Assembly (NCBI GenBank): GCA_965200965.1
Contig: OZ241744.1
Coordinates: forward strand, 3,072,001 to 3,136,000
DNA: 64,000 nucleotides
Origin: an uncultured Candidatus Binatia bacterium
GTDB lineage: Bacteria; Desulfobacterota; Binatia; Bin18
Direction: 5' to 3'
Shown: one piece after another, positions 9,843 through 19,821 of the stretch
Layout: each line of letters begins with the position of its first letter
Position numbering within the stretch: position 1 is the first letter of the stretch
Notes under the pieces: model-generated
Told to the model about the DNA's origin: nothing
Database searches by the model: none
Seen by the model: only the letters and a program-made list of their open reading frames with translations
Made by a program: the position numbers and the translations under genes

Positions 9843-11217
9843 TCAGGGAGAGCGCGCCAGGCGGAAGCCCAAGTAATAGTTGCGAATACCGGGCGCATCG
9901 CTGTTCCGAGAGGCAGCGGAGAGAAGATGGGCGGGTCCGGTCCAGCCTCCGCCCCGGGAGATGCGGCGGATGCCGGTAGCGGGGCCGACGGGGTCGGTGA
10001 CTGCACCCGCGGGGTAGGGCCCATACCAGTCACCGACCCACTCCCAGACATTCCCGATCATGTCATACAGGCCAAACGCATTCGGCTGCTTTTCCCCCCG
10101 GGTGCGAGCCACAGCGCGAGGAGTCATACTGCTTCTCGGGCCACCGGTGACACCGCACCCCCCCCCGGTAGGAGACCCCGCTGTTGCCCCCATACCAGGC
10201 GATCGCATTCAGGCCCGGCGCGTTGTTCCAGCCTTGCAGGTTCAGGTCCCCGGTGTACACCGGGGTCTCAGTCCCGGCTCGGGCCGCGTACTCCCACTCG
10301 GCTTCGGTCGGCAGGCGATACCGCGTCCCTCCTTCCAAGGCGTTCAGCTTCCCGATAAAAGCCTGGACCTCCTCCCAGGATACGTTCTCGACCGGGCAAT
10401 TCGCACCACAGTTGGAGAGCGCCGATGGGTTGTCTCCCATGACCGCCTGCCACTGACCCTGCATGACTTCGGTTTTTCCCAGATAGAAAGGCTGGCTGAT
10501 CGTCACCCGATGGGCCGGGCCTTGACCCGGCCCGCCGTTGTCGGTCCCCATCTGAAACTTGCCCGGCGGAATGAGCATAAACTCCATGCCGAGGCTGTTG
10601 CTGAACTCGGGTGCCAGGCTTTCCAGGAGTGCCCGTTGCTGGCGCTGCTCTTCGGCCTGCCGGCGCGCTTCTTCTGCGGCCGCCCGCTGGCGCTGTTCTT
10701 CTGCCTGCCGCTGCCGGCGCGCTTCCTCAGCCGCCGCTCGTTCCTGGCGGACCTGCTCGGCTGCCGCCCGTGCCGCGGCTTCGCGCTCCTGCTCTTGTGC
10801 TACCGCTGCCCCGCCCTGTGCTATGAGCACATCCGCTTGCTCCCGGGTCAAATAACCGGTCGCCGCAAAGCCCTTCTGCCCCTGCCAGAGCCGCAGGGCC
10901 GACCGTGTTGTCGGCCCGAACAGCCCGTCTGCCGGGCCCATCGGGAAGTCCAGCGAAGCCAGACCCTGCTGGATCGTGATACGCGCCTCCCGGTCCAAGT
11001 CTGAACCACGCTCCAGACAGCCAGCCGCTTCTGTTACATAGGCCCCATCCGGGAAGGTCTCCAGATAGAGCTCCATGTCCTCGGCGTCCTCACACGCCAC
11101 ACTCCGCCAGAACGCGGCCTCTACTTCCTCCTCGGTCTGGGCACCGACCGGACTGGGCAGCATCAGGAGGAGCAGGGCCCCCACAAGGATGGTGCTGTTC
11201 GGGCTTTGCGCTGGCAT
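9843..11217 (-). pseudogene. Paralogous PG-binding / FGE-sulfatase protein, frameshifted at C6 10094-10099
   Basis: ORF 10063-11217 ends at CGSHP; the domain continues in ORF 9843-10208 as EKQPNAFGLYDMIGNVWEW...GFRLARSP. Confidence 0.82.
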
Positions 11218-11238
11218 GGCTGAACATCCCTCCCTGTC

Positions 11239-12528
11239 TTACTCAGCCAGTTTTCTTTCGGCCAGCTTGGTCAAGGGGCTGTCCGGGTGGCGATCGATGA
11301 ATTGTCTGTAGGATTCGGGCGTATCAATCTTCTGCGCTTCCTTCCAATCGGTGAGGGCGTTGGCGGTCGTCGGGTCGGGTGGCGCGCTTCTCAGCGCCGG
11401 CCTGGACTGGTCTGTAGAGTCAGCGCCGATCATGCTGGCCAAGTCTGGATAGAGCAGCCACAGCCCGGATCCGAGGACCACCGCCCCGACCACGGCCAGC
11501 GCCGCTTTCGAGACAAGGCCAAACCCGCCGGCCGGGGACAAGACAGGCGGCTTCTTCGCGGCAGCGGCGTCCGGGGTCGGATGTGGGGACGATGCCGGGA
11601 CGGGAGGCGGGGCTGTCGCGCCGTTGCCCCCAAGGAAGGCTTCCTGCCAGGCCGCGATGGTCTGTGGTCGGTCTTCTTCGTTGACTCGGATGGCCCAGTC
11701 TATGGCCGCCAGAAAACCGGTGTCATACGTCCCTTTGCCCACTTCAGCCGCGGGGGTCAGGTCCTGATCGCCTTTGCGCTGAGCGCGCGCCCGCGTCACC
11801 GCGTCGTGCAACTGCAATTCGGCATCGCCGAGGCCGCTCAGGCACCGATAGGCCACCATCCCCAGCGCGTACAGGTCACTCCACGGCCCAACATCGTCTT
11901 CACTGCTGCCGTACTGCTCAATTGGCGCATAGCCTGGGGTCAGGATTGAGTTGATGCTTCTCGACCGCTGCTCAACCGCCGAGCGGGCCGCGCCAAAGTC
12001 CACCAGGACCGTGCTGCCGTCCTGGCGCAGCATGATGTTGCTGGGCTTGATGTCCCGATGCACATAGCCCACCGCATGGACATCCTCCAGCCCGTCCAGC
12101 ACTTCGGCGATAATGCGTTGCAGATGCCCGCTCGGCAGGGTGGGATATTTGCTCAGCAGGTGGCTCAAGGTCTGGCCGTCAATATATTCCAGCACCAGGT
12201 AGGCCGTGCCGTTGGCCTCAAAAAAGCGGTACACTTTGTTCAGGTGCGGGTGGTCAAAGCGGGCCAGGATGCGTGCCTTGGCCAGGAAGCCTTCCAGCCC
12301 CCAGCGGTAGTCTGTGGCCGCGGCATCGGAGTGGGGTGTCACCGAGCCGCCGGCGACACGGGTGGCAAAGTCGCGCGGCAGGTATTCCTTGAGTGCCACA
12401 GGTTTGTTGAGATGGGTGTCGTCGGCCAGATAGGTGACGCCAAAGCCACCGTGACCGAGCACATCCCGGATCTCGTATTCCTCTAAGCGGGTCCCTGTTG
12501 GCAGGGCGTTAATGTATTCCATGATCAT
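11239..12528 (-). CDS. Hanks-type membrane Ser/Thr protein kinase
   Basis: LGHGGFGVTY, VALKE, HRDIKPSN, DFG, GYAPIEQ, DLYALG; TM helix and short C-terminal tail. Confidence 0.93.
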   Translation of the reverse strand: MIMEYINALPTGTRLEEYEIRDVLGHGGFGVTYLADDTHLNKPVALKEYLPRDFATRVAGGSVTPHSDAAATDYRWGLEGFLAKARILARFDHPHLNKVYRFFEANGTAYLVLEYIDGQTLSHLLSKYPTLPSGHLQRIIAEVLDGLEDVHAVGYVHRDIKPSNIMLRQDGSTVLVDFGAARSAVEQRSRSINSILTPGYAPIEQYGSSEDDVGPWSDLYALGMVAYRCLSGLGDAELQLHDAVTRARAQRKGDQDLTPAAEVGKGTYDTGFLAAIDWAIRVNEEDRPQTIAAWQEAFLGGNGATAPPPVPASSPHPTPDAAAAKKPPVLSPAGGFGLVSKAALAVVGAVVLGSGLWLLYPDLASMIGADSTDQSRPALRSAPPDPTTANALTDWKEAQKIDTPESYRQFIDRHPDSPLTKLAERKLAE

Positions 12529-12762
12529 TTCCCTCGATGAAATGCACAGTTGCCGCCCGTGCGGCCGCTGAACTCTTGGCCATGCACCTGGCAGCCGCCG
12601 ACCTCAGCCGACCGATGGAGCCAGATTTCATACAGCAGAACGCATGGGGACACCTAATGCAGAGCAGTCGGAAATGTCAAGCTACACAGAGCGGAGGGAG
12701 AGCCGGTCAAAGGGACGCAACGCTCAGCCGCATATCGCATGGTCAGGACATCGCCGCTGGTG

Positions 12763-14419
12763 CTAATGGCCGATGCGCACCCTCAGTTCGAGATCGCCGA
12801 GTTGGAGGTGGCTGGCGTCGTCAAGTGGCTGGGGCTGACCCGGTTCGGCTGGCTGACCGTTGAGCTGCGTGCCGTTGGTTGAGCCGAGATCCTCAATCAT
12901 AATCCGCCCCGAGGCCAGGAAGAGCCGGAAGTGCCGGCGGGAGACCTGTTCATGGTTGATGACAAAGGTCGCTTCCGATGGGTTTCTGCCAACGATGGCA
13001 CCCGGCTGGTCAACCAGGGAAGCGCCGGGGATTTTGAGGGCCACAGGTGGCCTTGTGCCTTCAAGGAACATGTCCGGCGCGCTGCTGCGCAGTCGGTCCC
13101 GGGCCGATACCTCGGACAGCGCGGACTGCATCCGGCGCGTTGCGGCTTCTGCGGCACGCAGCCGGCGGCGCTTGCTCCACAGCGTCCCAAGAATGCCGAT
13201 CAGCAACAGCCCGCCGATAATGGACGCAGAGCGCAGTGTCCGACGGTGTTGCTGCCGGGCTTCCCACTCCAACCGTTCTGCGGCTTCCCGGTCGCGTTGC
13301 AGGGCGGCTGATCTCTCCTGGGCCACGCGCTCGGCCGTGGCGCGTTCCTGGGCCGTGCGTTCGGCCTCTTCATTTTTTTGTTGCAGGGCCGCGGCGGTTT
13401 CCTGAGCTTGCTGTTCGGCGGCGCGTGTGGCCTGCCCAGCAGCTTCTTTTTCCTGCTGGGCAGGCCGGACTCTCTGGGCGGCCGCGGCGCGCGCACATTG
13501 CAGGGCTTGGACCTGTTCCTGCCGGGCTTGCGCTAGCTGCCGGCGCGTTTCTTCTTCGAGGCTCGGGCATTCGGTCTCGATCAGCGGCAGGGACAGACTG
13601 ACCGAGGCCAGCACGCGGCCCACCGGGGCTGAGGTCAGCGACCGGGCACTCCCGTGCTGCCTGGGATCAAGATTGTCCTGACCTGACGCTTCGTCTACTG
13701 CGTCAAGCAGGGCGCGGGCGAGTCCGCGGGCGTCGGTCCCCCGCTGTGCGTTCAGGCCGCTTATCCGCGCCTCAGACAGGACCTCAAGGCCGTCGCTGGC
13801 CAGCAGCACCACGTCATCGGCTTTGAGCCGATAGCCGTCCGCGGCGATCTCGACCAGGGGCAGATCACGGCCGGTAATGGCCGACCGTAGATGATGCGCC
13901 CGAGGGTCTGCCAGGGCCTCTTCTCGGGTCATCCTGCCGAGTTCAACCAGATCAAACAGCAGCGGGCGCATGGAGTGATCTTCGTTCAGCCGTCGCAGCT
14001 GGCCGGCCCGGAACAGCCACAGCCCGGAATCGCCCATGCTGGCCCAGTACAGGCGTTGGCCTGGCACCAGGGCGGCCACCAGGGTCGAGCCCATTTCCGC
14101 CAGAGCGGCATCGGACTGCTGTTTCGCTCTGACCGCGGCGTTGGCAGCCTCAACGCCGGCCCGCAGGTTGGTCGCAACCTCAGCCGCGGCCCGGCGAAAG
14201 CCGGTCCAGAACGCCTGCACGACCGTGTCGCTGGCCACCGCCCCCCCCGGCGTGGCCGCCCATGCCGTCGGCCAGCACCAGCAGCAACCGGTCGCTGGCC
14301 GACCGCTCGCCGGCCAGCAGGGTCAGCGCGAAATTGTCTTCCTGATAGTCGCAGCCACCGCGGATCTGCTCGCCGGCTACCCACTGTTCTACGGCATTCC
14401 ACCATGCTCTAGTGTTCAT
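12763..14419 (-). pseudogene. PP2C phosphatase fused to coiled-coil-TM-FHA; +1 frameshift at C8 14241-14248
   Basis: YQED and LADGMGGHAGG in the upstream frame; MGDS, NEDHS, LASDGL and QDN downstream; FHA motifs VGR, VSRRH, DLGSTNGT. Confidence 0.8.
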
Positions 14420-15055
14420 AGTCTTCCCAGCCGAACCGCTCGCCACACAGCGGAACGAACAACAGAACGGTCCCGCCAATGGTTATTGTGGAAAATCCTG
14501 GCAGCGCGGTCGGGACGAGCACGGGGACATCGCCCAGATACGTCAGGTTCTTACCGCCGCCGTGCTGGAGATAGAACTTCCTGCCCTTGGGGTCATAGGT
14601 GACGACGCATGACGGCGGCGGGAAATCATCCGGTCGCCAAAATCAATACAGACCTGTTCGCCGCGGTCCCGGCCAATGGGGCTCATGCCGTGGCCAAGGG
14701 TGACAGTCCGGCCCTGGCCCAGCCCCCGGACCACCACCAGCCAGCCCACCGGCGGATCGTCCATTGCCGAGGCTGCGCCTTGGGGTGGATGCGCTGCGGC
14801 TGACTTGGCACCGGGCCGGTAGATGCGGGTCAGGTCGGTGGGACTGTCCGCGGCGACTTCGCGTTCCCGGCTGCCGATGCGCCGGGACCTGGCGATCACC
14901 GTTCTGGCCTCATAGCCCGACGGCTCAGGGGCTTCAGTGCCCGCGGAGGGTTGGTACGCCCGGCCACGCCCTCCCTTGGGCTGAAACTCGTCCTCAAAGG
15001 AAGCGCGTGTCTTTTTCTCAATGCCCTCTCGGTCTGGCCCAGGTTTTACCCGCAT
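14409..15055 (-). pseudogene. FHA-domain protein, frameshifted near 14607
   Basis: PVGWLVVVRG...IGR...ISRRRHA; after the shift VTYDPKGRKFYLQHGGGKNLTYL...FVPLCGERFGWEDYEH*. Confidence 0.8.
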
Positions 15056-15329
15056 ACTCCCTCCTGTGACAGGTGAATCAGTTCATCCAGGCAGTAGCGT
15101 CAGATGCCATATGGCGATGCTTTGCTTCATCAGGCTTTGCCTTTAATCGGATTTTTGCCCAATGCAACAGCTTCGCCGGTCTCCTGATTAGGGGCGACAC
15201 GGTGGCCGGCGTCCAGTTCTCTTCCTGCGCTGATCCTGTGCTAGCGTCCGTCTTCGTCAACGAAGACAGCTTGATGTTTGCGCGGTCGGTGGCGAACCAG
15301 AGCGACGAAGGCCAGTGTCGACCAACAGT

Positions 15330-16481
15330 TCATGTTGTCAGCGACAGCACGTCCCGGTAGCGGGCCACAAAGCGCCGATCGATCCAGTCCTTGAGCCGCC
15401 ATGCCGGGCGGCTATGCGATACCAGCCGCTTATAGCGCAGCAGCGCCCTGCCGTCCGCGGTGTTCAAAATTGATAAGAAGCTGGCCTGCGGCCTGTAGCA
15501 CGGGGCCGACCGACCGTACAGCTTGGCCGCCAGACTGTCCCACAGCACCGGGCCTTGGCGGACCGCGTACACGCCGGCCTTGGGGGTGCAGGGGTAAGCG
15601 GCCAGGCTGGCGCAGTCACCCACGGCGAACACCCGCCCATCGTCAAGCGCGCGCAGGCTGTCCGTGACCAGCAGAAAGCCTCTGTCGTCCAGCGACAGAC
15701 CACAGTTGTCGAACACCGCCGGCGGTGCCGGCCCGCTCAGCCAGACGGTCAGCCGGGCCGGCAGCGAACGGCCGTTGTCCAACTCGACCGCCTCGGTATG
15801 AACGTGGCGCACGCGCTGGCCGGTATACACCGCAATGTTTCTACGGGTAAGAATCCGCCCGGCTCGGCGGCGAAACGCGGCCGAGTAGCCGCCCAGCATG
15901 GTGGCTGCCGCCTCAAACAATGATACCTGATGGATCCGGTTGGCCCGCCTCAGCACGGCCTCAAGCGCACACGCCATCTCAAAGCCGGCCGGTCCGCCGC
16001 CAACCACCGCAATACGGCACACACCGGCGTTCTGTTCCTGTGCCAGGGCCTCAATGCGCCGCCGCAACTCAAGAGCCTGAGAGAAGGGCTTGAGCACAAG
16101 CGCGTGGCGCTTGACCGCCTCGGCCCCCGCGGCTTGGGAGCCAAGGTTGAACGAGACCAGGTCGTAGGCAACCGGCTCGGCCCCGGCCAGCCGCACCGTC
16201 CGCCGGGTCGGCTCAAGCCCCAGTGCCTCGGCCCTGATAAAGCGCCCGTTCGCCCGCCGTGTCAGGGCGGCGACCTCAATCCTGATAGCCTCTTGCGGGT
16301 ATATACCGGCCACATAACCGGGCAGCATACCCGAGTAGTGCTGGTCGTCATCCAGAGAAACAACGGTCAACTCGACATGCGGCAGAGGGTTGAGGATGCA
16401 CCGCCGCAGCACTTCGAGATGGGCGTGGCCGGCTCCGACAAGGACGAGGCGGGTGGGTTCGGGGCCGGCCTTGTCCTGCAT
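15330..16481 (-). CDS. FAD-dependent pyridine nucleotide-disulfide oxidoreductase (SelD N-terminal-like)
   Basis: LVLVGAGHAH, YSGMLPG, VVGGGPAG, FAVGDCA, KAGVYAVRQG, KDWIDRRF. Confidence 0.85.
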   Translation of the reverse strand: MQDKAGPEPTRLVLVGAGHAHLEVLRRCILNPLPHVELTVVSLDDDQHYSGMLPGYVAGIYPQEAIRIEVAALTRRANGRFIRAEALGLEPTRRTVRLAGAEPVAYDLVSFNLGSQAAGAEAVKRHALVLKPFSQALELRRRIEALAQEQNAGVCRIAVVGGGPAGFEMACALEAVLRRANRIHQVSLFEAAATMLGGYSAAFRRRAGRILTRRNIAVYTGQRVRHVHTEAVELDNGRSLPARLTVWLSGPAPPAVFDNCGLSLDDRGFLLVTDSLRALDDGRVFAVGDCASLAAYPCTPKAGVYAVRQGPVLWDSLAAKLYGRSAPCYRPQASFLSILNTADGRALLRYKRLVSHSRPAWRLKDWIDRRFVARYRDVLSLTT

Positions 16482-16488
16482 GTCTGAC

Positions 16489-17583
16489 TCAGCGCTTCCT
16501 CGGCTCCAGACCCGCAAACCACGGCAACACCAGCTCTGCGTTGATGCTCGACGTATAGGCGTGCCCCCAGTCGGGCAGTTCTTTGTAGGTCGCCTTGTAG
16601 CCGATGTGGCGGAGCAGCTCATAGCCCTGCCGGATCGTGGCCACCGGGAAAATAAAGTCGTGGACGCCGTGGACGATGTAGATCGGCAGGTCTTGGCCCT
16701 GCTTGCGGCGCAGCATGGGGTCAAGCATGGCGTGAAAGTCGCCGGCAATCGGGGCAATGCCGGTAAACAGGTCCGGCCGGCTCAGGCCGAGCAGGTAGGT
16801 GAAGGTTCCGCCGTCGGACAGGCCGGACAGATAGACCCGACTCCTATCAACCGTATAGGCGGCGACCACTTCCTCGAACATCCTGGTGATCGAATCGACA
16901 TCGATCTGCGGTTGGAGGACCGCCCAAGTCACATCCACGGACTTGGGCGACAGCAGCAGATAGCCTTTGCTCTTGGCCGGCCGCAGCCAGGACCAAATAT
17001 AGTCCTCGCCGCGGCCGTAGCCACCGTGCAGACAGATAATCAGGGGCCATTCTTTGTCCGGGCTGTAATGCTCAGGCACATACAGGGAATAGGCCGCGTG
17101 GGCGTCGGTGCGCTTGGTGTGCATCAGGCCGACCGGTACCTCGGCCTCGGGTGCCGGTGTTTCCAGGGCGTCTCGATGCGCCAGCGCTTCGGGCAGCAAC
17201 CAGTACTCCTGGAGGGTCGGGGTGTGGGCCCGGATGTCGTACAGCAGGTTCATCGCCTTGCACAAGGCCCAGCGGCTGTGCAAAAAGGCCGCCGAAAAAT
17301 CTTTGCCGGCCGGCTTCAAAAATGCCTCGGCGGCGTTGCCGCACTGGACGAGAGCGGCACTCAAGGTCGCGTGAAACCCGGTCAGCGAGTCCGGGGGCGA
17401 AAGCGCGGCCAACTCAGCACTCAGGGTCGAGAACATATCGCCTGTCACCTCCTGGAGCCGGGCCTGGGAGTTGCCGGTATCGCCGAAGTGAATATGCTCT
17501 TGAATTGACTCGAACGTTCGCAGGAAACGGAGCAGTTGCTCCTCAGCCGCCCCGATGGCCCGGAGGTAGTGTTCGTCTGCCAT
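16489..17583 (-). CDS. Alpha/beta hydrolase (phospholipase/carboxylesterase-like) with N-terminal helical domain
   Basis: LHGGYG, GLSDGG nucleophile elbow, HGVHD, WGH. Confidence 0.82.
   Translation of the reverse strand: MADEHYLRAIGAAEEQLLRFLRTFESIQEHIHFGDTGNSQARLQEVTGDMFSTLSAELAALSPPDSLTGFHATLSAALVQCGNAAEAFLKPAGKDFSAAFLHSRWALCKAMNLLYDIRAHTPTLQEYWLLPEALAHRDALETPAPEAEVPVGLMHTKRTDAHAAYSLYVPEHYSPDKEWPLIICLHGGYGRGEDYIWSWLRPAKSKGYLLLSPKSVDVTWAVLQPQIDVDSITRMFEEVVAAYTVDRSRVYLSGLSDGGTFTYLLGLSRPDLFTGIAPIAGDFHAMLDPMLRRKQGQDLPIYIVHGVHDFIFPVATIRQGYELLRHIGYKATYKELPDWGHAYTSSINAELVLPWFAGLEPRKR
16939..16967. repeat. 29-bp exact direct repeat, copy 1 (copy 2 at 19388-19416)
   Basis: ggacttgggcgacagcagcagatagcctt in both places. 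Confidence 0.95.
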
Positions 17584-17867
17584 CTCGCCCTCCCTTGTTG
17601 CAGTTTGCAGGCAGGACCCTAGCAGCCGAGCGAGTCCAGCCGCAAGAGTTAGCGCAGGCGCTTCCTGGCCGACCGTCGTCTCCCGGAACGCTGAGGCGCG
17701 GCTCAGCCGCCCTGCCCGGCTGTGTGGGTCTCCATGCTTGCTCTCTTCCCATGTCAGGAACACAGACCGGCCGGGGTAAATGGGGTGTGGAAAATCAGAA
17801 CAATAGGACCTTACACCGCGGACAAACTCGCGTCCTAGTGTTAAGTTGCTAGGGGTGAAGGCTTGTC

Positions 17868-17909
17868 GCCCGTCCTAGGGCAACGTGGGCGGCTTTTCTG
17901 GGCTGTCCG
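17868..17909. repeat. 3'-flanking repeated motif, copy 1 (copy 2 at 19515-19539 plus 19618-19627)
   Basis: gcccgtYctagggcaacgtgggcgg 24/25 identical, plus gggctgtccg beside both stop codons. Confidence 0.85.
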
Positions 17910-17920
17910 CTAGTCCGTCG

Positions 17921-18780
17921 AGCCTGGAACCAGGACAAAGCCCTGTACGGGTTCTTGCCAGCGGAGAAGCACGTCCTCGTCGGGGGCTGGAAAGTCATTC
18001 ACCACTACATCCCGCTCTAGCCCTCTGATGAACTCCTCGTCGAGCGTGGTAACGGTGAAGCGGTTTTCTTGAACCGTCCGCCCGTCTACGACAAGCGCCG
18101 CGGTGTATGTCCCTTCCCCAAGCAAGTTCCAGTTCCATTGCGTGATAAAGCCGTTATTGGTATCGCCGCATACGGCTTCGGTATCACCGCGGGCGATATT
18201 CCGGGCTACCGGCGGAATGCGTAACCCTCCGTCGATAACGATTTCCACAAGCTCCCCCTCGCATGCCCAGCCGGAGATAAAGCCGATACCGCTTTGGAAT
18301 GAGCCGTTAGCAGGCACCTCGAGCCAAGCACGAGTTGACGTAGCCGTCGACTCCGGTGTGGGGGTTGGCTCTGAGCTTGGAACCAAGACAAAGCCCTGCA
18401 CGGGTTCTTGCCAGCGGAGAAGCACGTCCTCGTCGGGGGCTGGAAAGTCATTCACCACTACATCCCGCTCTAGCCCTCTGATGAACTCTTGCCCCATTGT
18501 GGTAATGGTGAAGGTGTTGCTCTGCATGGTCTGTCCGTCTATCACAAGCGCCGCGGTGTATGTTCCTTCCCCAAGCAAGTTCCAGTTCCATTGCGTGATA
18601 AAGCCGTTATTGGTATCGCCGCATACGGCTTCGGTATCACCGCGGGCGATATTCCGGGCTACCGGCGGAAGGTGCAGACCGCCGTCTATGACGATTGAGA
18701 CAGAACGGCCTTCACATGCCCAACCGGAGACAAACCCTATCCCGCTCTGGAATGAGCCGTCGCTAGGAACCTCCAGGTTG
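17921..18780. repeat. 453-bp-period intragenic tandem duplication
   Basis: 17935-18035 vs 18388-18488 and 18091-18217 vs 18544-18670 each differ by about 1 base. Confidence 0.92.
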
Positions 18781-19387
18781 CCCACGGGTTCAGCCGGTTC
18801 TTCGGGTTCAGGTCCGGGGGGGGGGTCGGCCGTCTTGTCGTTGGTGGTGGTGTTGGTGGTGGCGGTTCACCATACCGACTATAGCCGGGCGGTAGGCTCT
18901 GAATCCGAACCTGGGCAGAGCCTAGAGACGTCCAACCTCCCGCTTGTACTGTCGCGTCAAGAGGTGGCAAGCGGAGTTGGGCGCATGACATTCCTAGCCC
19001 TACCTGCCCCCCGCTAAATGTGTCGGTATAAGGCGGCCCTGAATAGCAGAACATTTGCAATCCTGGAAGACAAGCCGATGTCAAAGCATAAACCCCGTCA
19101 GGTATGCCGGTAACGAGGATGTCCTCACCCTCCAACCGCCATGCAAACTCGGCATCGCGCGGGTTAGTGACTGCCGGAAGCCCGCCCGGCGGGTTAGCGT
19201 CAAACGTGAGAAGTGTCACCGAATCACCGCATGCCGCGGCCGCATAGCGGATAGCCCATTCCCGATAGCCCGCGGCTGTAGTCACGTCATAAGGCGGGCT
19301 TGACGTTGCCGTTGTGGTGGCCATTTGCCCAAAGGCGGGCGGACTAGCCAAAAAGCCCAGGACGAGGGCGATACCCGAAATCACCTG

Positions 19388-19416
19388 GGACTTGGGCGAC
19401 AGCAGCAGATAGCCTT
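19388..19416. repeat. 29-bp exact direct repeat, copy 2
   Basis: Identical to 16939-16967; encodes GYLLLSPKS in both genes. Confidence 0.95.
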
Positions 19417-19560
19417 GGGTCATAGATTTTCCTTCCTGAACACGCGCTAGGGTAGGTCTGCTAGCCCTTCCTTATCACCTAAGCCATTACACTGATATAG
19501 GGGTAAGAGATTTAGCCCGTTCTAGGGCAACGTGGGCGGGTTTTGATGGGGTAGGGATAG

Positions 19561-19619
19561 CCCGCCCGGACGGGCGGGTATGGGGTTAGTCCTGCTTCCC
19601 GGCTCCGGGTAGAGCCGGG
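19561..19619. other. Two GC-rich hairpins downstream of the RHH gene
   Basis: cccgccc-ggac-gggcggg and cccggctc-cgggta-gagccggg. Confidence 0.7.
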
Positions 19620-19629
19620 GCTGTCCGTT

Positions 19630-19821
19630 TCAGTCTTTGCCCTCTGCCTCTGCCTTCTCCGGTTCAGGTGCTGGGCAATGCCGTTTGACGAACTCCTCGA
19701 TAGCCTGCCTGTAGAGCCGCGTTGCTGATACTCCCCGGTCGAGGGCAAGGCGTCTAATGGCGAGTGTGTGGCTCTGCTCGACCTCAAAGTTGAGCGTTTT
19801 ATGCGTCCGTTCCTGCATCAT
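19630..19821 (-). CDS. Ribbon-helix-helix DNA-binding protein
   Basis: KTLNFEV strand, AIRRLALDRGVSATRLYRQAIEEF helices; GGAAGG RBS. Confidence 0.7.
   Translation of the reverse strand: MMQERTHKTLNFEVEQSHTLAIRRLALDRGVSATRLYRQAIEEFVKRHCPAPEPEKAEAEGKD

Larger units (their letters stand above)
17910..19423 (-). pseudogene. Secreted protein: Cys-containing N-domain, Pro linker and two ~130-aa repeats; frameshift in the linker, probably at G10 18816-18825
   Basis: Signal-like leader ending AFG; ORF 18737-19423 joins ORF 17910-18785 if the tract gains 1 base. Confidence 0.7.

Noticed and set aside
8109-11217. Diversity-generating retroelement targeting the FGE/C-lectin-fold C-termini
   Set aside because: No reverse transcriptase and no template repeat in the window; the two 3' ends differ at all base types. 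A remote DGR cannot be excluded.
15078-15260. 60-aa ORF at the islet edge
   Set aside because: TTG start, no RBS or motif; may be a remnant but cannot be supported.
17921-18780. 453-bp duplication as a DGR TR/VR pair
   Set aside because: Both copies are coding, and many mismatches are at non-adenine positions.
17868-19627. Integron attC sites or CRISPR repeats
   Set aside because: No RYYYAAC/GTTRRRY boxes in the proper arrangement, no integrase or cas genes, and only two copies 1.65 kb apart.
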